NCBI RefSeq assembly: GCF_032191835.1
Contig: NC_083233.1
Coordinates: forward strand, 49,538,001 to 49,602,000
From: Heteronotia binoei
Taxonomy: Eukaryota
DNA length: 64,000 nt
Reading direction: 5' to 3'
Part shown: positions 46,201 to 64,000 of the stretch, piece by piece
Position numbering within the stretch: the first letter of the stretch is position 1
Layout of the letters: each line of letters begins with the position of its first letter
Position numbers and translations under genes: made by a program
Notes under the pieces: generated by a model
Databases searched by the model: none
What the model was told of the DNA's origin: nothing
Seen by the model: the letters and a program-made list of their open reading frames with translations, nothing else

Positions 46201-48746
46201 TATTCCCTGACCTTTTGTTTTGGTCTTGTCCTGTAGCACGTCACTCCTGGTCTCCCTTCTGGGGACTAATCTGTTCTGTCATGGTATAGAAATTAAAACC
46301 ACCAAGCTCCCTGCTGATAGCTTAGATTCTTTTGGTTTCAGGAATATGACCCTTGGAAGTCTGCAGATCGGATCTGCCGGCAGCTGATTTATCATTTGAC
46401 TCCTCATTCAAAATGGCAACAGCACAGCATGCCACATCGGAAGTCACAGGCAAGGTGAGAAATGCAGATTGGGGTGGGGGTTGAAAGTGGGGCAGGGCAG
46501 GTGCAGGTGTAAGCCTCTTGATCCTTGGCTGGGCATCAGCAAGAGAGGGGCCAGCCGGTGCATTCTGTCTAAGGAAAGGGCTCCTTTCCCCCAGCCAGCT
46601 CCGTCTGCATAAAAATGGCACCTCATACTGAGCATTCATACTGAGTACCCTTATACAATCAGCATGCCAACGTATCTTATATGAACATATGAAGCTGCCT
46701 TATACTTGACCCTCAGTCCATTAAAGTCAGTATTGTCTACTCAGACTGGCAGTGGCTCTCCAGGATCTCAAGCTGAGGTTTTTACGCCTATTTGCCTGGA
46801 CCCTTTTTAGTTAAGAGATGCCAGGGACTGAACCTGGGACCTTCTACTTGCCAAGCAGATGCTCTACCACTGAGCCATCATCCCTCCCCATATTACCTCC
46901 ACAATTGGGCTTCCTTCCCTCCCCACCCCGTTCACACACCATAAACTTAAGGGGGGGGGCTAGGGGGCTATTGCAAGCTGTACCCAGGCATGGAAAATAA
47001 GTGTCTGGGATTGAAATGGGGTGAGCTTGACCAGAGGATGGAAGCAAGCTGGAAATGAGGAAGGTGTTGAAGGAGGGATTGTATGCAAGAGCTCCATAGA
47101 GAAGGTTAAAGTACGTGTCTCTGCCCCAAGGGCTCAATTAGAAGGTGGCTTTGTTAGCAAGGTCCTGACAGCAGCTTTGCACCTAATAGGAATTAATGAC
47201 AGCTACACGGAAACTGTGAATATGTCACAGGCACCAGAGGGAGCCACAGTTGGCCTTATATGTACAAAGGAGGCTAAAAAAGTGAGCTATTGGAACTCTC
47301 CTCTTTCAGGGAGTATAGCTGGTACAGGCAGATACATATTTGCTGTATCTATAATATTGGCTGTGGGGTGGGCAGATACCAGTCATGGGTGTAGCACAAT
47401 ATGGCCTGTCTATTTGGAAGTCATTCCTAAAATGAATGCAAAAGCTGTCCTTCTCAGCAGTTCCCAAGGTCTCGAGAGGAGGGAAAATCAGCTTACAGGA
47501 GAGAAACCTGCCTCACATCCCACTTCAGTTTAACTGTTCAGTTAAATCAGTTTTTACTACGTTGTTTAATAGCAGCAATTTTCTGTAAAATTCCTTCAAA
47601 ATACAGCCCAATAGGCTGAGCTGCCTCTATGGCAAACTGATTTGCTACAGTTAAGTTGTGGTCTCCTAGAACACATGTTCCAATGGTTGTGTCTTGTATT
47701 ATGTTGTCACTCAGATGTATTGCAAAGCTACTCAAGTTGCAGAGTTTTCCTGTAAGGCATTTTTGGTATTCTGCTGAACAAGCCAGGTTGCTTGTGGAAG
47801 TCATCTCTGCATTTCTGGAATTTTAGCATTCTTTGATGTCACTGTAAGATCAGTTCTGGGAACTGATTTACCAATGCACCTAAAATACCTTTCAAGAATA
47901 TGCAGAACTATTGCAGGATGGACTGACACAAGTTTAGGCTTTGTGTAACAGGAAGATATTATTATAGGCTTAAAACTGTAAATCCTCTTAAGCCATTGCA
48001 GCTCTCTTCCACAGGGGCCTAGCTACATTAGTTTGGCCTGCAGTTGTGGGGATTTTTTTTTTAAACTAGAGGGGTTCCACGCCACCCTAAGGAACCAAGT
48101 TAGCATTGCCAAGCTGTTTCTTCTTGCCCTAAAGGATCTTAAGTACCAAACTCCCTAATCCTCCCCCCATCTGCACTGTCTCTCTAGTCTAAAGAACAAT
48201 TTACAGAAGAAGCTGAGCCAAGATGCTATGGACCTATCAGGGATCCCTCTTTCCACACGGGACATCCATCGCATGGCCTATTACCTGCAGAACAATGGCC
48301 ATAGCCTCCACACAGTGGACTTAAGCTTCACTGACTTGAATGATGACAAGATGCACCTCCTGCTTCCTTTTCTGTGGTCACTGCCCAGGCTCACCCATCT
48401 CTCCCTCAACGGGAATCGCCTGACCAAAGCCACTGTAAAAGAACTGACTGATGCCATGAAGGACATGAACCAGTTCCCTTGCTTGGCCTGGATTGACCTT
48501 GGCAACAACGTAGATGTGTCTTCTATGCCACAGCCTCTGCTGGTTGGCTTGCGGAAGCGTCTCAATTTGCAGACTACCCTGCCTACCATCTACGAGTCCC
48601 TAGATAGCGATTCTGAGCTCTCTACCAGTCCCAAGATTGGCCAGCTAGAAGGCACAGAGGCAGCAGCTGCATTTCAGGCTGACAAGGCACACCTAAAGGC
48701 TGAAGAAGAGTCATGCATCTTCGGCCAGTGGTCCTGCAAAAGGTGA
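42447..48746 (+). CDS. LRRC75B: Leucine-rich repeat-containing protein 75B (FAM211B), complete, 347 aa
   Basis: Exons 42447-42689, 43619-43747, 46342-46454, 48188-48746 (1044 nt incl. stop), all GT-AG and in phase. Motifs APYERRVQWIREIQ, VDPISHDLL..LARDLQCPKK, ICRQLIYHLTPHSK, DLSGIPLS, LSLNGNRLT, WIDLGNNVDV..PQPLLVGLRKRL match the LRRC75 family; MGSRL start and position next to GGT1/SNRPD3 indicate B rather than A. Confidence 0.95.
43619..43747 (+). CDS. LRRC75B: LRRC75B exon 2
   Basis: cccatag|GATCTT ... AAG|gtgagg; 129 nt. Confidence 0.95.
44818..45004. mobile_element. hAT MITE, same family as 45197-45385
   Basis: Same internal repeats GGCCTAATATGCAAAT..TTCCTGCTGGGCTTTT; TSD not recovered. 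Confidence 0.75.
45197..45385. mobile_element. hAT MITE, TIR CAGGGCTTTT, perfect 8-bp TSD, octamer-bearing
   Basis: CAGGGCTTTTTT ... AAAAAAGCCCTG; TSD GTTGCAAG both sides; two ATGCAAAT motifs. Confidence 0.9.
46342..46454 (+). CDS. LRRC75B: LRRC75B exon 3
   Basis: ggtttcag|GAATAT ... AG|gtgaga; 113 nt; EYDPWKSADRICRQLIYHLTPHSK. Confidence 0.95.
46682..46889 (-). mobile_element. tRNA-derived SINE
   Basis: Minus strand TGGCTCAGTGG (A box) and GGTTCAGTCCC (B box), body CCTGGAGAGCCACTGCCAGTCTGAGTAGACAATACTG. Confidence 0.75.
48188..48746 (+). CDS. LRRC75B: LRRC75B exon 4 (LRR region, stop)
   Basis: tctctag|T; in frame with ORF 48228-48746. Confidence 0.96.
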
Positions 48747-49578
48747 CTGCGCAAGACCTTCTGTACAAGAATGATACCATGGCAGTAGTACTTGCTGTAC
48801 AGGCACATGGCTCCAGCTCTTCCAGCCAGTTTCACTTGGCACTTCTCTTGCCTTTAACAGCCCTGATCAAATTTACATTGTTCCAGTGAAAGACTGCTGC
48901 AATTCACAGCCAGGGTCTTCATCTCATGTACTTCGTTAACAGGGGATCAGTCACTTACCGTGATGACAAGGAACCCATCAGTAGGTAAACCATTTGTAGG
49001 AACTCAGAACCTCCAGACAGCACTGGCTGGGATAAAGTACAAGCTGTTGCCTTCTTGCTTCCCTTTCTTCCTCTCAACTTATTAAGCATCAGGGGCAATG
49101 ACTTTTATTTGCAGAGAGAGTTCTGCATTTAAAGGCTGAGCCGCTCCTCAGAAGGACCTCATCAGGAAAAGCAAGCATGAGCTACTCCCTTGTGCCAAGC
49201 ACCCTCCCCGCTGCAGTAGTGTTTTAATTCTTCAGACAAAAGGCAATGGAATCCCACATTCAGCTCTGTGTGCAGACCAAGAGAACATGTGACTGGGTTG
49301 CAGTGTCAGGGTATTTCAAGCCCAGGCATTAGGGATGGGTGTCTCTATTCCATCTCTTTGGGGATTAAAAGAAACAAGTATTGTTGTATGGACCGGGAGG
49401 AGCAGGAATGCTTGTATCGCTTGGGCTGCTTGATACAGAGAAATGGACCTGTCTAGAACACATCACAGCTCTGCCACTGGGGATGGCTTGATTTTAAAGT
49501 GGTGTTAAAACATGTCAAGGCCAGTGTGGAAACTGAGAATGCAGTGCTTCCCACCGTTTGCTGTATGCAATGAAGGAC

Positions 49579-49584
49579 AATAAA
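49579..49584 (+). terminator. Candidate poly(A) signal AATAAA of LRRC75B
   Basis: First AATAAA I found downstream of the stop codon (~830 nt); ATTAAA alternatives nearby. Confidence 0.4.
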
Positions 49585-50891
49585 TGACTTGTTTATCCAA
49601 ATATTTTAATAGGGAACGAGCAGGCTCACTACAGACCTCCTGGACAGATGACTTAGAAGTTCCTCTATTCAAGCCCTGCTGCACTGAATGGATCCTATGC
49701 AAGAGCACTAGAGATGGGGACCATTTTCTGTATTAAACAGAATGTCTTCATTACAAATTAATGTAATTACAAGTGCTGTCTTAGCAAATAACATGTTACA
49801 AAATTAACAAAAACAAGTGTAATTAACTTTTCTCAGAAGGCCTTTAAGTTGTTGGTTTTACTGCTTTGGAGTTTGAGCACTTTTCCCCTTCTCCTCAAAT
49901 GCAGGAGCACTTTAGGAGCTAAAGAAAGCAACACACACCTGTAGAAGTAACACTGTGATTTTCTTGAGCAAATACATGATTCATCACCTTTCATTGGAAG
50001 AAAATAATACAAGCAGCTTCATGTTGATCTTCAGCAGTTACCTCCATCCCCATTGTATGGATTATCACACTGAAGCGACTGCAATTTATAGTGCTAAGGG
50101 AAACTGTGTTTGCACATGTAATTGTTCAGTTTTTAAAAGGTATAGAAACCTTGGCTTATACTGTTTTGAACTAGCCAGATTTTGAGTTGCAAAGTTTTCT
50201 AGTTTACTTTTTAAATTTCAGCAGCTAATGGTTATAAGATTTTTTTTTAAACAGCTACCTTCTACATGCAATTTCTTTTCTAAATCAAAATTAGGCTCTG
50301 GGTTAGGTGGAGGTTTGTAGAACAAAGTTTCATGTATTAACAGTGGATAATAAGCAACAAAGTTATCCGTGGCCCTCTATGAAGCCTACAATATCTGGAT
50401 GCCTCTCTCATCCTTTTTCTAAAGCTGTTACAGAACCATTACATTGAGTGAGTCTTATGTAAAACACAAACAATGCCAAATTATAAATAAATCACAGTTA
50501 GGGATGGACCATCAAAAGAACAATGCCGCAGAGTCTCTTTGAACACTTACCTGTTTGAGAAGTCTATTTTTAGCCAGAGTTACTATTCTGTTTATCAAAG
50601 TGCACAGTCTGAACACCAACATGCATTACCAATTACCTAAGTGCATGATATTCTCCTGTATATGGTAAGTTGTGGCTAATAGCCCCATTCACAATCCAAC
50701 AGTGTGAAAAACCTCAACACAATTATTGTTAAAGGATGGGGAGTGAGGGGATGGCGGCAGAAAGGAGCTAAAATACTACCACTTGTACCCCCCAACATTA
50801 ATTTAACTTGGTTGGTAAAACAGAAGCCAGTTTCTACATCAAAAGCAAACTTGATTCCACAGAACAGAATTACCATTTTCTAAGAAACACA

Positions 50892-50897
50892 TTTATT
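50892..50897 (-). terminator. Proximal poly(A) signal AATAAA of SNRPD3
   Basis: AATAAA on minus strand 65 nt after the stop codon. Confidence 0.6.
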
Positions 50898-50961
50898 GGA
50901 ACACATAACACAATTATCTTCCAACAGTTTTTAATTCACCAAGGAAAGACACAGTCCAAAG

Positions 50962-52309
<1,348 letters not shown>

Positions 52310-52444
52310 TCAAACCTGAAAAGTTAAAATGCAAAAGTCATTCCTCGCATCATTGCCACCCCCCGTTATAAACTTAGAAAGTGAAAAAGCTCAAGAACAC
52401 CAGTTCGGAGGAGAGGGGATCAATGAGGATGGGGAGGATGAGGG

Positions 52445-53033
52445 CAGGGCCGGATTTGGGGGGGGGGGGGCAGAGTGCATGCCTGCCCTGGGCGCCATCA
52501 GAGAGTGGTGCCAAATTGGCCATTCCACCAACACTTTTCTCCTCCCCCAGTCTGTGTGCACAGAACGGGGGGAGAAGAAAGTAAGGGTGCCCTGGTGGTG
52601 TTTGCACCGGGACGGCGCAAATGCTGCCCCAGCCCCTTTCTCCTCCCTTGGTCTGTGCACAGACCCGGGGAGGAGAAAGCCAGGGCATTCTCGTGGTGTT
52701 TGTACAGTCCTTGGAGCTGAGGATGGCGCAAACACTGCTCTCCCCCCACCTTTCTCCTCCTTGAGTCTGTGTGCACAGACCCAGGGAGGAGAAATTAACA
52801 ACATCGGGGGAGGCGTTTGTGCCGCGCCCCCTTTTTTCCTCTGGGTCTGTGCACAGACTTGGGAAAGAAAAAAGGGGTGGGCACCTGGGGGGGGAACGGA
52901 AGATTGGGGCTGCGCTGTGGGGGTGGGGTGCCTTGCCTGAGGCGGCAGGCACCCCCACACACCGTTTTTTGAGTGGGGGGGGCACCATTTTTTAATTTTG
53001 CCCCCGCTCAAAAAATGGGTAGATCCGGCCCTG
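52445..53033. mobile_element. Non-autonomous hAT-type element, TIR CAGGGCCGGAT
   Basis: CAGGGCCGGATT ... GATCCGGCCCTG; TSD GATGAGGG / GACGAGGG (one CpG-type difference); internal repeats of TCTGTGTGCACAGAC. Confidence 0.88.
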
Positions 53034-54078
53034 GACGAGGGGAAAAGGATGCCACCACCAGACAGTCTTTATAGGCAGGAAAGGGTAGAGTGCCGGATAC
53101 AAGAGCGACCCCGCATTAGCCTTTATCTCAGTCTCGTCCTTGGCTCTCGAGTTTGCATAAGGCAGGGAGCAAGCAGGGAACACACAGCCCTGTTCCAGAG
53201 ATTCCAATGAACCCGGGGGAAAGAGCTATCCTGATGAGCCCGACACAGAAGGGAGGCCTGTGCTAAGTGCGGAATCGGTCCCTCTCTTTAAACACGCCTC
53301 CAGGCCACGTGAATAATCCATGGGACGCTATTTCTGACTCCGCTTCCTGAACGGCGATAGCCACATCAAAAGCACGAAGAGCCCTACAAGGTATTGTAAG
53401 AACCTACACAACACCGGAGATACTCGGCAGCCAGTACTGGGGAGAACGACAAAGCCTAAGCTAAGAGGCCTTCCAGGAGACCCGAGCCATCCACTGCATG
53501 CGAAGGAAAACTGGGAGGAGGGGGACACTACAAGCACATCAATACCACCCGGGCCTACCCCAATAACTTTTCCCTCCCACAGCATCAACCAGGTTCCTCA
53601 CCGTCGGGGATTCTTACTGCGACTGATGCTTCAACAACGGCTCTCCGTTCTCCTGAACCTCACCATAGAACGCGACAATCACCCGGAAACTCGTAGCCGC
53701 TCTGCTCCGCACGTGTAAACTCTATGGTCGGAAGCGCGCAAGTTGAAAGGCCCGGCTGAGAAACAGACGCGTAGACAACAGTTCCGTGCGGCAGACAGGC
53801 TACGTTGTGACTTTCTCCTCTGACCAGCACCGTTGATAGAACATGGCGGCTCTGCTGGGGTAGGAGACGCAGAGGCTCTCCATGAACCTGACAAAGGCTG
53901 CTGCAGTTTCGCGCTCGACCCCAGCAGCTCCTTTTGCCCGACATGAAGAAGAGCAGTCCGCCAACAGCCCTCATTGAGCATATCGTGTCGGAAACAGTAA
54001 TGTGTGAATATATGCGGTGACGAAACATAGTTTGGGTCCAATAGTGGCACCTTTAAAACCAACATAGCTTTATTCAAG

Positions 54079-54116
54079 GTATAAGCTTCCGTGTTCAAGC
54101 ACACTTCCTCAGATAC
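54079..54116 (-). ncRNA. Decayed minimal hammerhead motif, Penelope-like terminus
   Basis: Minus strand GTAT-CTGAGGA-A-GTGT(GCTTGA)ACAC-GGAAGCTT-ATAC followed by the same AATAAA...TAAAGGTGCCAC tail (to ~54035). Confidence 0.65.
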
Positions 54117-54435
54117 AGTGAAACAGAATTTCCTCAACCACTGCATGATAAAAAAAGAGAAAGGGCGGGGAAGGGGTTAGTTGCCAGGAAGGGCCATCTC
54201 TGCTGTGGCCAGCTATTGTGGCCGTGCCTCCAAGCTTTTGCTATGCTAGGGGAGCACATCGCGAACGCAGCCCGCCCTACCAGACCGCCTCGCCTCCCGC
54301 CACTGGGCGGCTCCGCCTCTGCCGGCCCGGGAGGGAGGGTGGAAGAGGAGCAGGCGGAAGAGCCGCCGCCGTGGGAGACATGACCGGGCCCGCGGCTGCC
54401 CCCTAAGCGGTTCCTTGGTCCTGCGCCCGCCCGCC

Positions 54436-63174
<8,739 letters not shown>

Positions 63175-64000
63175 TAACCACCCCCTGCTTCCAAGCTCTG
63201 GTTTCTCCTCCTCTCCAGTTCTGTGAACTTTTTAAATTTCAATTAATGCTAGTTAAAGTTGTCCGCTGTGATCTTGTAGTCCATGTGGATTAATAGCTAC
63301 AGTGTGAGTGACTGGAGATCCCAGCTCACATTCTCACCTTGCCACAAAGCTCACTAGGTGATCTTGGATCAGCAGTTCCTTTTTCTTGACCTAGCCTACC
63401 TCACAAAGTTGTTGTGAGAAGAAAAAGGACGGGTGGGGGGGAAGTTCCTAGGTATACTACAAGAAGCTTTTTTATTTATTAAAAGATTTATATCCTGCCA
63501 CATCCAGAATTATGACTTATGATGATATAGCGCAGAAGCACAGTCAGATAAAATACTCAAAATATTAATGAATCAGTCCGTCCTTGGAAGGAAAAATAGG
63601 ATAAAAATGTGCTAGAACAATAATTTTAAAATATTTTACATTGGCTGTTTTTTGTTGTTATCACAAGATGTTCTTAGCAATGCATAGGGTTGGATCCAGA
63701 TTAACATTTCTACAAGCATAAGGATTTCCAACCAGGGAGTGTGATTTTTCTTCTCCCCCCACCCCCACTCAAGGCAGCACCAAATCCCTCCTGAAATTGT
63801 TCTGGGGGTTCTCCCACAACGGGATTTCTGTGGAACTGGGGCTGCTACAGTAGGGGGGAAATTGCATTCCATGGAAACATCTAGTCTTTGACCCAAGCCC
63901 TAGTCAGTCTCTGAAGCACAGGCTGCTTGATTTGTCATGTATGGGGCTGCTGATTAGATAGCCTTGCTTTCCAGCTCTGGATTTCCACTGCCTGGATTCC

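Noticed and set aside
47021-47533. 170-aa ORF in LRRC75B intron 3
   Set aside because: GTG start, no recognisable domain or splice support; length is within chance expectation.
52329-53011. Three ~204-aa ORFs and a regularly repeated motif that could resemble a CRISPR array
   Set aside because: All lie within a TIR/TSD-bounded MITE; repeats are degenerate and irregularly spaced, no cas genes, eukaryotic context.
53231-53260. CTGATGA followed by GCCC..GGG as another hammerhead
   Set aside because: No GAAA after the putative helix II and no helix I partner.
53034-54030. High-complexity CpG-rich kilobase that looked foreign or inserted
   Set aside because: No ORF with recognisable homology, no terminal repeats; best explained as the SNRPD3 side of the CpG island.

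Overview
Vertebrate genomic DNA, not prokaryotic. It is a squamate reptile, probably a gecko (inferred from Sauria-type SINEs, a 5S-derived SINE and the MITE families). The window carries the conserved amniote block GGT1(-) / LRRC75B(+) / SNRPD3(-) / GUCD1(+). I resolved coding exons by hand from protein similarity, splice sites and phase. GGT1 has 10 coding exons (487 codons) in the window and its last exons lie beyond the left edge. LRRC75B is complete (4 exons, 347 aa), SNRPD3 is complete (3 coding exons, 126 aa, one GC-AG intron), and GUCD1 has 5 coding exons with its 3' end beyond the right edge. Introns and intergenic DNA are dense in TEs: hAT-type MITEs (several with 8-bp TSDs), SINEs, L2/CR1 fragments and Penelope-like elements (PLEs). 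The most notable non-gene signal is a set of decayed minimal hammerhead-ribozyme modules at PLE termini (three copies of one family with helix I covariation, plus a GIY-YIG PLE remnant with inverted terminal repeats). Also notable are splice signals suggesting SNRPD3-to-GGT1 read-through over LRRC75B with several untranslated GGT1 exons, and a shared Kozak-GUG/uORF layout in the LRRC75B and GUCD1 leaders. No CRISPR array, tRNA gene or rRNA gene is supported. Nothing here is demonstrably a wholly new system; the findings are testable leads.
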